Virus record (IMG/VR): IMGVR_UViG_3300027870_000002
Span: 1,202-65,201 of that record
Length of the DNA: 64,000 nucleotides
Direction: 5' to 3' (one strand)
DNA from: a virus
Taxonomy: Duplodnaviria > Caudoviricetes
How positions within the stretch are numbered: the first letter of the stretch is position 1; each line of letters opens with the position of its first letter. The notes beneath the pieces were generated by a model that saw only the letters and a list, made by a program, of their open reading frames with translations, did not search any database and was not told the origin of the DNA. Shown in pieces: positions 54,985 to 64,000 of the stretch. A program made the position numbers and the translations under genes.

Positions 54985-57900
54985 CAGAATTTGAAATTCT
55001 CCAGCGTAAGGCACTAGACGCAATCAACCGCGGGGCTGATCCCGCGGCTGTTAACGCTCGTCTAAAATCTCTTGCTGTAAGCAAGGGCTTTGCTGACGAC
55101 AAGACGGAATTCAATCTACAGAAAGAGCCCACGTTTGACAATGTTAAGAGCGACTTCAATAATGTCCAGAGCGGTAGCTCCACTGACGCGTGGAAGAATG
55201 TAGAAGCGGGCGCTGATACAAACGACTTTGCAAATGACAGCCCATATGTAGCACGTGCGAAAACCCTAGTTCGTAATGAAACTAAGGCTGGCGTTGGCCT
55301 AGCTCTAAAGGGCTTGGGCGGTGTGGCTGTTGCCGCAGGTGCTGTGCCAGAATTGCTGAAGCTGCCGTTTGGAGGACTAAACTCCCTTGGGGAGGGCAAT
55401 CCGGCGTTTGCTGCCGCTAAGGCGCTGAGTGAAACAGGCGATGAAATACGCTCTGGTGCACACGGACTAGGTGCTGACGCTGGTAATATTGCTGGCGGTA
55501 TTCTACCAACATCTATTGTTGGCCTTGCTCCTATGGAAGCAGCCGATGAGGCTACTGACGGCAAGAGTCTTTCCGATGCCTACAAAAATCTAGCCAAGGG
55601 CACGGCTATTACAGAAGCGCAGCTCGCTTCTGGCTTGCTATTCAGAGCAGCCCCCGGCTTGGGGGGCGTCCTTAAGCGCGCAGCTGTACAGATTCCTAGC
55701 AGCGTAGCTCTAACTGCTGCAGATAAGAAGCTGTCTGGTGAAGAGATTACAAAGAAGGATTTAGAAGTTGCTGCTGGTATGGGTGCATTTGGCTCTCTGT
55801 TTAAAGAGGCCCCTTCCACTAAGAAGGCAATGCCCGACTTAGCCAAGACAGGCGACGCAGCTATTGATGCTGGTATGGACTTCGCTGCTAAGGCAGCAGG
55901 AGAGAAGCCCGCTGCCTACGACTTTGAAGCAGCTGCTAAGCGCCAAGAAGATATTATCAAGCGCCGCACAGCTCCAGAACAAACAGATATGTTCACCACG
56001 TCTGGTGAATCCGCGGTGCAGGGAGATATGTTTGGTAAGCCTGTGGACGCCTCTTTGGCGGAAGCTCGCCGTGCTGAGGACATACAATCTCCTGTCACGC
56101 GCAACCCAGATCAGCAGGCAGCTCTAGAGAAAAGCTATTTCCAGCAGCGCCAAGAGCGCCTACGCGCACAGCGCGAGGCTGCGGATGCTGCTACACGCGA
56201 ACAAGGCCTACGCCAACTTGAGGAACAACATGCAGCTGGTGACAATCCTGAAGCTTCTTCTCCTCATCCCGATTTCTGGGATGTTGGTGTACCTCGCAAT
56301 GAGCAGCCTGTGGAATCTACTATCCAAGGGACGCCGGACAACCCCACTGGATATACAGAAGAGGCTCCTAACGAAGCAATGCGCCAAGCTTTTGCTGACG
56401 CAGGAACAAGACGCGCGCTCGGACTGCAGAATGAAAACCTCTACCCAGACATTCGGCAAGAGCCGGCGCCAGAAGCACGGCCGCCAGTAGAAGACATTGC
56501 GCCTCCACAGCAAGACCTATTTCAGCCTACACAGCCAGAGGTTGTGGAGCAGGCTCAGACACAGCTGCCGTTTCCAGAGCAGCCTGACATGTTCAACACT
56601 GGTGATACCCCTAACACATTCAAGCCTTACAGCAAAGAGCCTGTTACGACAGCGCCAGTACCTAACAAGCCGCGCTCTTTAGAAGAGAGTATTGCGGAGA
56701 TGAAATCTCGTCGCGCTGGTATAACAGCTGCGGCTCCTATGGGCTTTGATGAAATTAGGAATGCAGAAGGTGCTGGCGTGTTTGCCAAAAACCACAACAT
56801 TCCTGCTACTATGATGGACAAGCTGGCTTCCAATAAACTCCATGGTACAGACGTTGTTGAGGGTATTATCAACTCTGTGAATATTCCAGATGGGGAAGCG
56901 AAGCAGCATATCAGAGAACTGAAAACTGCTATGGGCCGCTTTGGTGGCGGTGAGGTTAAGGTTGAGATTAATGACGCCCACAATCCTGTGCACAAAGAGA
57001 TTGTAGACAGAGCTAATGCTCATGGCAATCTACCATTTGCGCAGAGCCGTGCGTTGTATGATCCAGTAACACATACCATCCTTCTGAACAAGAATGCTTC
57101 TCTAGCTACTTTAGCTCACGAGGTGGATCACGCTGTTACATATATGGCACTCGATCTTGGGGAACAGGGCAAGCTGCGTGGTACTGCACATCAGGCTTAC
57201 AAAGACCTAAATCAACTGCATGGCGCATTAGAGAAATATGTTACAGAAAATTCTGCTGAGATTGGTAGACGCGATTTAGCCAGTGGCAAGTCTAGGGAAG
57301 AGGCTAACGCTGGCCACGGCCGCCGTATTTACGGCATGTCCAATCTGAAAGAACTTAGTGCCGAACTGCGTTCCAATCAGGACTTCCGCAACTATCTGAA
57401 GACAATCAAACCCGCCGATTTGGATTTGGGCAAGATTAGAAATCATTACATTCGCAAAGCAAAGAGTGTATTTGATGCCTTTACAAAGGGCTTCAGCAAG
57501 CTGCTCGGCTTGTCAGATAAGGGCGACACTGCCTACGATATGCTCTACAAAGCGCATGACAAATTCTTCTCGTCTATTGACGAGAGGGACGCGTCAGCTA
57601 TGCGTGACATTAAACGCACACAGCGTTCTGGCGTAGACGCTCCCAATCTGGATTTCCTCGGAGAGCAGGCGATGCCGCGCTCTGTGGAGGATAGTCTTGT
57701 TGGCGCAAAGCGCCTAGGCAAAACTATACTTAGATCGAAGGGACTAGAGCCACTAGCTACTCAGGCGCGCAACGTGCGCGAGGGTATTTCTGCTGTGGGT
57801 GATGCGGAAGCAGCGCAGGCTGGTAATCGCCTGAAGGCTGTTGTTACGTCTGCCAATAGAGAGGCTGTAGGCAAGGCGCTTGCTGGTGACATTGATGCAC

Positions 57901-60662
57901 TGAAGAGCCTCGACCCAAAAGCCAAGGCTGTTGTCAAGCAGGAAATCCTTAACAACTACGACAACTCTGTAAAGATTGCAGAGCAGATTGTTGCTGATCC
58001 TAATAAGACGCCAGAGCATGAGGCTATCGCTCACAAAATAATTGAGAATGCTGGCCGCTACCAGACGCGCGTGTACGAGGCGGATTTGGGCACTAAGTAC
58101 ATGAAGCAGAAGCTTCAGCTTGCCGACGATGCCCGTGCTAAGATCGCAGCTGGCCAAGAAATCTCTGATGTTGAGCTGCGCTCTCTAAAGGATGTGGATG
58201 CTGCTAAGAAGTATTTGCAGAACCACTGGCTGCCTACGACGGATAAGCTTCCGTCTATGAAGAACGCAGACTTGGAGGAGCTGTACAAGTTTCATACCGG
58301 CCTTGCGCCGGATCAGCAATTTAAAGGCCTCGATCCTAAGGATCGAAAGCTCGCGATGGCTGGTGCCGTGGCTGAGAAGCTTCGTCAGATGACTGACCCA
58401 GAGAATACTCTCGACCAGATTGTCCGTAGCGTTGCTGGACTTGGTGAGAAGGGCAATACCAATCGCCAATACTACGCAGGCATGCGTAGAAGTGCGGACG
58501 TGTATTCCCATCTGCAACATGTGCCAGAAGAGCTGCGCAATTTCTGGGGAGAGGTGACAGAACCAATTGCACGGCAAGTGGCGACCATTCGTGCCCAGTA
58601 TAATTACATGTCCAACTTGGCTTCGCAGAATCACCTGCGTGAGACTGGTCTTACTTCTGGCCTGTTCTCTAACAATCGCACCAAGGAGCATTCTGAAGTA
58701 TTGACTGGCGAGAAGATGGGCCCTCTGCAGGGAATGTTCGTCTCCCCCGATACCAAGAAGGCTGTGGACAGCGTGTTCACTATGAACAGTGCTGTAGGCG
58801 ATTTGCTGGACAGTGCTCTGGCAGACAGGTCTGGCGCTTCACTGATGGTCAATGCTGCTGCTAAAGTGGGTAAGGGCATCACGCAAGTGGCGGGTATTAC
58901 CAAGCTCGCGTCTGTCTTAGGCAATGTTGGTAATCTCGCGAACAACTTCATTGGCTCACATCTGCAGCTACTCTCTAATGGAAACATCAATCCAGTGATG
59001 TGGAGTAAGGGCGCGAAGACGATGCTTGATAGCATGCTTATTGAGCGCCGCAGCTCTATGACGCCTGACGTCAAGGATGCTCTGCGCTATAAGCTGTTGG
59101 AATTTTCCCACATCCAAGAGCTGCAAAAGAACAACGCCAAGAGTCGTATGGCCGAGTACATCAAGACCGCCTCTGACCAGCCAGACCCTCTCATGTATTT
59201 GAAGAAGGCTTTGGACGCAGGCAAGATTCCTCTGGAAACATATAAAGAGGTCTATGGGGCTATGGACCTTTGGACCAAGCTTGCCAACTGGCATAATGAA
59301 GCGGATTTCTGGAAGCAGCACAATGAGAAGTATAATCTGGGCCTATCTGAAGATCAGATTAAACAGTCTGTTGCAGATAGAATTAATGACACTAACATCA
59401 CTCCGTCCTTAGCGCCACAGCTTATCAAGGGATTGGAACGTTATGGCATTACGCGCTTCGCAACTTACTACGCAGAGGTTGCGCGTACGTCCAAGAATAA
59501 CGCCCTTATTGGCGTTAAGGATATGGCGGATAGTGTTAAAGGCGATTTCAAACCTGACTTGTTCTGGCATGGCTTTAAGCGCCTCGCGGGAACTTCGGCC
59601 AGTGTTGCGGCACAGAACAAGCAGATTGCTATGCTGGCAGCAGGCATTGCTGGAGCTATGGGCCTTGCCACTGAGCAGATGAGTGAAGACGATCCTCGTC
59701 GCAAGTATATGAAGAAGGACGACTTCCTCAAGAACACTGATCCTTTGATTGTCAAAGACCCCTTACATCCAGAAGCTGGCGAATACTCATTTGACTTGAG
59801 TCGGCCTGATCCATACGGTCCTATCTCTATGCCTGCCCGCAACTTCATAGAAGCCGCTACTAAGGCAGCTAAAGGAGACAAGGAAGGCGCTATGGAAAGT
59901 CTAAAGCTCGGTGCTGATAATGTTAGCAGCCTATGGGCGCCTAATACAATGTGGAAGGCTATTGCAAATATTGCAGCTGCCAAGGCTCCGGGAATCAAGC
60001 ACACAGCTCCCGAATTCTACAACAGCAGTATGGAGACATTGACAGGCTTGGGACTAACCACTAAGGCTGCAGACAGATTGCTCACAGCAATTCAGCCTGT
60101 AGAACCAAAGACAATTCTTAATATTCTAGCTTCTAAGGAAGTAAAAAGTCCGGGGCTTGCTGGTGCTGTGGCGTCTGGTCTAGGTGTAAATGAATTCAAT
60201 GTCGGTAAGGATATTGGTGCTTACCTTGGTGCTAAAGCCAAGAATGACATCAATGACGCCAAGAGTGAATACCTGTCCTTGCTAAAGCAGGATTTCCAGA
60301 GTAGTCCTGAAAGAATTGAGAAGGCCTTCGTGTCCAGCCTAAAGCAGGCAGCTGGGCCTTACAATAAGCTAGCATCTGCTGTAGAAGCAGCAAAGGCGCA
60401 GGGCACTAGCCGCAGTGATTTGGTAAAACTCCTTAAGGCCTCTGGCGTTAGTGATGACATGTCCAGAGCTTTGATTAGAGGTAAGTCGCTGCAAGCTAAA
60501 GACATTTCTGGAGATTTGAGTAAAGATTTGCAAGGCGACCTGATAGAGAGTATCAGCGACCCTACTAAGAAACGCGAAGCCAATCGTAGATTTAGACAAA
60601 ACGAGCGGGAAATCAATGCGCTCATTCGTAAATACAGAAACGTAGACCTCTCTACACTATAA
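54981..60662 (+). CDS. Large internal virion protein with zincin-like HExxH domain
   Basis: 1893 aa; ALYDP...ILLN...LAHEVDH...E; no RNA polymerase motifs seen. Confidence 0.8.
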   Translation: MTEFEILQRKALDAINRGADPAAVNARLKSLAVSKGFADDKTEFNLQKEPTFDNVKSDFNNVQSGSSTDAWKNVEAGADTNDFANDSPYVARAKTLVRNETKAGVGLALKGLGGVAVAAGAVPELLKLPFGGLNSLGEGNPAFAAAKALSETGDEIRSGAHGLGADAGNIAGGILPTSIVGLAPMEAADEATDGKSLSDAYKNLAKGTAITEAQLASGLLFRAAPGLGGVLKRAAVQIPSSVALTAADKKLSGEEITKKDLEVAAGMGAFGSLFKEAPSTKKAMPDLAKTGDAAIDAGMDFAAKAAGEKPAAYDFEAAAKRQEDIIKRRTAPEQTDMFTTSGESAVQGDMFGKPVDASLAEARRAEDIQSPVTRNPDQQAALEKSYFQQRQERLRAQREAADAATREQGLRQLEEQHAAGDNPEASSPHPDFWDVGVPRNEQPVESTIQGTPDNPTGYTEEAPNEAMRQAFADAGTRRALGLQNENLYPDIRQEPAPEARPPVEDIAPPQQDLFQPTQPEVVEQAQTQLPFPEQPDMFNTGDTPNTFKPYSKEPVTTAPVPNKPRSLEESIAEMKSRRAGITAAAPMGFDEIRNAEGAGVFAKNHNIPATMMDKLASNKLHGTDVVEGIINSVNIPDGEAKQHIRELKTAMGRFGGGEVKVEINDAHNPVHKEIVDRANAHGNLPFAQSRALYDPVTHTILLNKNASLATLAHEVDHAVTYMALDLGEQGKLRGTAHQAYKDLNQLHGALEKYVTENSAEIGRRDLASGKSREEANAGHGRRIYGMSNLKELSAELRSNQDFRNYLKTIKPADLDLGKIRNHYIRKAKSVFDAFTKGFSKLLGLSDKGDTAYDMLYKAHDKFFSSIDERDASAMRDIKRTQRSGVDAPNLDFLGEQAMPRSVEDSLVGAKRLGKTILRSKGLEPLATQARNVREGISAVGDAEAAQAGNRLKAVVTSANREAVGKALAGDIDALKSLDPKAKAVVKQEILNNYDNSVKIAEQIVADPNKTPEHEAIAHKIIENAGRYQTRVYEADLGTKYMKQKLQLADDARAKIAAGQEISDVELRSLKDVDAAKKYLQNHWLPTTDKLPSMKNADLEELYKFHTGLAPDQQFKGLDPKDRKLAMAGAVAEKLRQMTDPENTLDQIVRSVAGLGEKGNTNRQYYAGMRRSADVYSHLQHVPEELRNFWGEVTEPIARQVATIRAQYNYMSNLASQNHLRETGLTSGLFSNNRTKEHSEVLTGEKMGPLQGMFVSPDTKKAVDSVFTMNSAVGDLLDSALADRSGASLMVNAAAKVGKGITQVAGITKLASVLGNVGNLANNFIGSHLQLLSNGNINPVMWSKGAKTMLDSMLIERRSSMTPDVKDALRYKLLEFSHIQELQKNNAKSRMAEYIKTASDQPDPLMYLKKALDAGKIPLETYKEVYGAMDLWTKLANWHNEADFWKQHNEKYNLGLSEDQIKQSVADRINDTNITPSLAPQLIKGLERYGITRFATYYAEVARTSKNNALIGVKDMADSVKGDFKPDLFWHGFKRLAGTSASVAAQNKQIAMLAAGIAGAMGLATEQMSEDDPRRKYMKKDDFLKNTDPLIVKDPLHPEAGEYSFDLSRPDPYGPISMPARNFIEAATKAAKGDKEGAMESLKLGADNVSSLWAPNTMWKAIANIAAAKAPGIKHTAPEFYNSSMETLTGLGLTTKAADRLLTAIQPVEPKTILNILASKEVKSPGLAGAVASGLGVNEFNVGKDIGAYLGAKAKNDINDAKSEYLSLLKQDFQSSPERIEKAFVSSLKQAAGPYNKLASAVEAAKAQGTSRSDLVKLLKASGVSDDMSRALIRGKSLQAKDISGDLSKDLQGDLIESISDPTKKREANRRFRQNEREINALIRKYRNVDLSTL

Positions 60663-60672
60663 GGAAATAGAT

Positions 60673-61134
60673 ATGTTCACTCCACAATCGGCATTATATG
60701 GTATGCGTGGTATGTATGGCGATGGTGCTCCCTATCGCAATAGGAGCGCTGAGCAACTCCGCGGCTACACTGGTGGCAATCCCAACCTTCCAATGCACAA
60801 CCGTGCTGCTATGCCGCAGTTTGCGAGTGGTAGCGGTCTTTATGACCGGCCCAATCCGGGGGCTGCGATGGGCACAGGCGTTAACGCCAGTGTAGGTCAG
60901 CTTATGGGAATGCAACAAGGGCCTGTAATGCCACAAATGCCGGCCAGCGCGCCGGGCGCGCAGGTGGCTTCTATGCCTGCACAGCAGATGCCAATTCCTA
61001 CTGGCAGGCCACAGGTTCCCGGCTACGGCCAAATGGGGGCTCAGGGATCACTACCATCCAAGCCTATGATGATTCGTAATGGGCAGCAGCGGCGCACTGT
61101 AATGCCTATCATGGGGCCGAGAAATGCCTACTGA
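60673..61134 (+). CDS. Low-complexity M/G/P/Q-rich protein
   Basis: SD AAGGA; composition. Confidence 0.65.
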   Translation: MFTPQSALYGMRGMYGDGAPYRNRSAEQLRGYTGGNPNLPMHNRAAMPQFASGSGLYDRPNPGAAMGTGVNASVGQLMGMQQGPVMPQMPASAPGAQVASMPAQQMPIPTGRPQVPGYGQMGAQGSLPSKPMMIRNGQQRRTVMPIMGPRNAY

Positions 61135-61891
61135 TGTAGGGCGCCAACTTACTGGCACTGCCGTCGGTATGGGAATAGGAAGGGGTTTAGGAGAGCTAGG
61201 TATACGCTCGCCTGTACCTCTGCCCAGCTTCTACAATGCCGGCAGTGATCATCCGTGGAGGGACAGTCAGGCACGTAGGATGCTGCAGGGGGATCGTCGC
61301 GCGTGGGCGGGATATGGTAGAGGAGTTGCTGATAGAGCCATTGGTGGCGCTATAGCGGGCCCAATCGGCGCCATGGTTGCGCCGTGGGTAGATAGGCACA
61401 TTGTCATGCCAGCGTGGCAAGGCATCAAGGACATATTCCATAGAGACGCGCCCACAGGCACAGTCACTGTTGGTGACTTGAATGACACCTCTGGATTTGA
61501 TAACCAGCAAATTGATCCATGGACTGGTGAGCGTGTGACAATGCCGTCCTTCTCCAACTATGGCCCATATGCTTCTGGTTATCAGGGACTAGGTGGAGAT
61601 AGTCATCAGAACGAGTACCCGGAATTTACTGACTATTCTTCAGATAGCGGCCCCGAATATGAAGGCCCGTATAGCCCAGAGCATTATGGACTAGAGGCTC
61701 CTATGCCATCATTTGGAGCAGGTAATCACTTCAGCTATAGCCAAGCAGGCGGCGGTAGCGGCGCTGGTTTATGGGATGGTGGAGGTGGAATGCGCTCTTT
61801 TGTTGTGAACACAGGCAGTTTGAATTCTTCTAATTACAGTGGTATTGATTCAGGTCAAGGCCGCAAGAAGGGCACTTCTCCTAGAAACTAA
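61124..61891 (+). CDS. Gly-rich hypothetical protein
   Basis: Glycine-zipper-like GGAIAGPIGAMV. Confidence 0.65.
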   Translation: MPTDVGRQLTGTAVGMGIGRGLGELGIRSPVPLPSFYNAGSDHPWRDSQARRMLQGDRRAWAGYGRGVADRAIGGAIAGPIGAMVAPWVDRHIVMPAWQGIKDIFHRDAPTGTVTVGDLNDTSGFDNQQIDPWTGERVTMPSFSNYGPYASGYQGLGGDSHQNEYPEFTDYSSDSGPEYEGPYSPEHYGLEAPMPSFGAGNHFSYSQAGGGSGAGLWDGGGGMRSFVVNTGSLNSSNYSGIDSGQGRKKGTSPRN

Positions 61892-61905
61892 CACTGGACC
61901 ATACT

Positions 61906-62151
61906 ATGCTTAATATAAACGAACGCTTGGCTATTGTAGAAACGCAAATAGAAACCATGGCTGAGCATGCGGAACAACGCGCAGAAAAGCAAGATGAGAT
62001 TTTGGAACTACTGTCTTCTATCCAAGAAGAGATAACACGCTACAAAGGTTTTCTAGGCGGCATAGTTTTTGTGCTGTCTTGCATGGGCGCGTTTCTATAC
62101 AAGTTTGGAGCACCCATAATCAAAGCCTTGTCTATTAAAACTGGTGGATAA
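61906..62151 (+). CDS. Coiled-coil plus C-terminal TM protein (holin-like)
   Basis: ERLAIVE...RYKGFLGGIVFV. Confidence 0.6.
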   Translation: MLNINERLAIVETQIETMAEHAEQRAEKQDEILELLSSIQEEITRYKGFLGGIVFVLSCMGAFLYKFGAPIIKALSIKTGG

Positions 62152-62558
62152 TGCCAAAGCCAATTGACCTTTCTAACTTTACTGTTGTAAAATTTGGTAA
62201 TGCGGACATTGAGCGCAACTACATCAATGATATTCTGCATGCATTAGCTGCCAAAGATGAGCAGCTTGCCGCTGAGTTGGTAAATATTTCTAACGGCGGC
62301 GGTACATTTTCAATTGCATGGGGGACCATTGAAGGCACACTTTCATCACAGGTAGACCTGCAAGACGCGCTTAATGCTAAGGCCAATCTATCAGGCGCCA
62401 CTTTCACTGGCCCAGTAAGTGCAGCTACGCTATCCAGTACAACACAATCACCCGGCGACAACTCGACGAAAGTTGCGACGACAGCCTTCGTTGCTGCCGC
62501 TACTTCGGGCGGCTCCAGCACGACGGCCCGTCGAATTGTGCTATTGGAGGCGTACTGA
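62151..62558 (+). CDS. Tail-fibre-related protein
   Basis: WGTIEGTLSSQVDLQDAL; KANLSGATFTG; GDNSTKVATTAFV. Confidence 0.7.
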   Translation: MPKPIDLSNFTVVKFGNADIERNYINDILHALAAKDEQLAAELVNISNGGGTFSIAWGTIEGTLSSQVDLQDALNAKANLSGATFTGPVSAATLSSTTQSPGDNSTKVATTAFVAAATSGGSSTTARRIVLLEAY

Positions 62559-63325
62559 TGTTGCTCGACACAACCAGCAAGACAGTCGAGGTAGTTCTCG
62601 GCGGCGCCGTCACTACGAATCAGCTCGACATCACGTTCGATGTAACCGAAACGGTTGACATTGATGCGGTATCGCTGCTGAGCGTGACGAACAACACGAC
62701 AGCAGTGACGGCCGTCAGCGCCCCGGCAAGCGGCAAGGTCAACAAGGTGGTTGGCGGTAGGATCGTCAATCGCGACACAGTTTCTGCGCGCGTGATTGTT
62801 CGGATTTTCGATGGCACGAATCGCTATCAAGAAGTTGATGTTGACCTCGCTCCACGGTCGACATTGCAGTACGACGGGAAGAAGTGGACGGTCCTGATCG
62901 CTGATGGCTCTATCAAGACCGGCGTGATAGGACCTGCAGGTGCTGCCGGAGCAACGGGCGCAACGGGCGCCACAGGTGCCACGGGCGCGACGGGCGCTAC
63001 CGGTGCAACAGGCCCGGCCGGCGCGGTCAACGTGGCTGGCGTCAACGATCAGGCGGGTTCGAGCTATACCCTCGTCTTGGCCGATAACGGCTATGACGTA
63101 CGCTGCTCACACGCATCTGCTTTCACGCTGACTGTCCCGCCGAATAGCTCGGTCGCATTCCCCATCGGAGCAGTGATACTGATCTCGCAGGGATCGACCG
63201 GCACCGTCTCCATCGTCGGCGGATCGGGTGTGACCCTGCGCGCGGCCAATGGATCGACGACGACGGCCATCTACGATGCTCGTGGACTTGAGCAGACAGA
63301 CATTGATGTTTGGAGAATCTGGTGA
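62558..63325 (+). CDS. Collagen-repeat fibre protein
   Basis: (G-A-T)n triplets; YTLVLAD...TVPPNSSVAFPIG domain. Confidence 0.8.
   Translation: MLLDTTSKTVEVVLGGAVTTNQLDITFDVTETVDIDAVSLLSVTNNTTAVTAVSAPASGKVNKVVGGRIVNRDTVSARVIVRIFDGTNRYQEVDVDLAPRSTLQYDGKKWTVLIADGSIKTGVIGPAGAAGATGATGATGATGATGATGATGPAGAVNVAGVNDQAGSSYTLVLADNGYDVRCSHASAFTLTVPPNSSVAFPIGAVILISQGSTGTVSIVGGSGVTLRAANGSTTTAIYDARGLEQTDIDVWRIW
62930..63022 (+). repeat. Collagen-like Gly-X-Y coding repeat
   Basis: GPAGAAGATGATGATGATGATGATGATGPAG. Confidence 0.85.
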
Positions 63326-63936
63326 GTCTGCTTCTTTTGGCGAGGGCCGCCGCCAATCACCGGAAGACGACGTGGAGCACGACAAACGTCGCAGCCGGCA
63401 TCGCGCTATCCAATGGCAACCTGACCGCCACACGCACCGGCATCTCCAGTTTCTTTGAATCGGTGAAGGCAACGCTCGGCATTGATTCCAGCAGTCCGGG
63501 CGGTCGTATGTTTGAAATCTACATTGACGAAGCCACAACGTCCCCGTTCTGCACCATTGGCGTTGCTACATCCGCCGCTCCCGTTTCCGCGAATGCGTGC
63601 GGCCAGGACTCAGAGGGCTGGGCGTACTACCAGCAAACTGGCCAGTCGTACCACAGCAATTCTCTGGCGAGCTACGGAACAGCCTACACAACCGGCGACC
63701 GCATCGCTGTCTTCCTGCGCGCTGGCAAATTGTGGTTTGCAAAAAACGGGACGTGGCAGAACAGCGGCGATCCGAACTCGAACACGGGCGAGGCGTTCAG
63801 CGGCATTAGCGGAATCGTGTTCCCGATGATCTCGCTGTACAGCGTCAGCCCGCCTCCGCACCAGATGACCGGACGGTTCTCGGCGACAGACATTGTTACC
63901 ACGATCCCGACGGGTGGGGCGCCTTGGGGAGTGTGA
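63322..63936 (+). CDS. SPRY/B30.2-like beta-sandwich protein (receptor-binding candidate)
   Basis: LSNGNLTAT, FEIY, IGVA, GDRIAV, GKLWFAKNGTW. Confidence 0.75.
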   Translation: MSLLLLARAAANHRKTTWSTTNVAAGIALSNGNLTATRTGISSFFESVKATLGIDSSSPGGRMFEIYIDEATTSPFCTIGVATSAAPVSANACGQDSEGWAYYQQTGQSYHSNSLASYGTAYTTGDRIAVFLRAGKLWFAKNGTWQNSGDPNSNTGEAFSGISGIVFPMISLYSVSPPPHQMTGRFSATDIVTTIPTGGAPWGV

Positions 63937-64000
63937 CTTAGCGCATCGGCGCACCCTCCGCCAGCAGTGGTCGGAGGAACACCCCTGATGTTCATTTACG

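Noticed and set aside
54981-60662. N4-type virion RNA polymerase
   Set aside because: Much shorter than N4 vRNAP and no polymerase motifs were recognised.
62151-64000. Diversity-generating retroelement acting on fibre genes
   Set aside because: No reverse transcriptase and no template/variable repeat pair in the window.

Overview
The window is most of a circularly permuted genome of a tailed podovirus-type phage. No integrase, repressor or RNA polymerase is visible, so it appears lytic and dependent on host RNA polymerase. The minus-strand arm (238-35486) holds early genes, DNA and nucleotide metabolism (PolA, DnaB, primase, SSB, two exonucleases, ThyX, class II RNR, MazG), counter-defence candidates (NADAR, macrodomain, NARP1-like Prs plus a deleted Nampt-like gene, RNA ligase, kinase, tRNAs) and a phiEco32/LUZ24-type amidotransferase/amidoligase/ATP-grasp cluster. 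The plus-strand arm (36317-end, probably wrapping round to spanins at 1-247) holds tRNAs, lysis genes, terminase, portal, an N4-gp56-like capsid, tail, ejection and fibre genes. The arms diverge across non-coding DNA at ~35490-36310, the likely physical ends. Most notable observations: (1) a small early protein carries a 16-residue copy of the phage's own capsid N-terminal segment, with mostly synonymous differences; (2) at least two enzymes (amidotransferase, DNA polymerase), probably three, need AUU/AUC start codons; (3) four Fur-box-like sites surround the first early gene and sigmaE-like promoters precede other operons; (4) a tRNA minihelix and several structured-RNA candidates lie beside the tRNAs. 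All calls come from reading motifs by eye; no searches were run.
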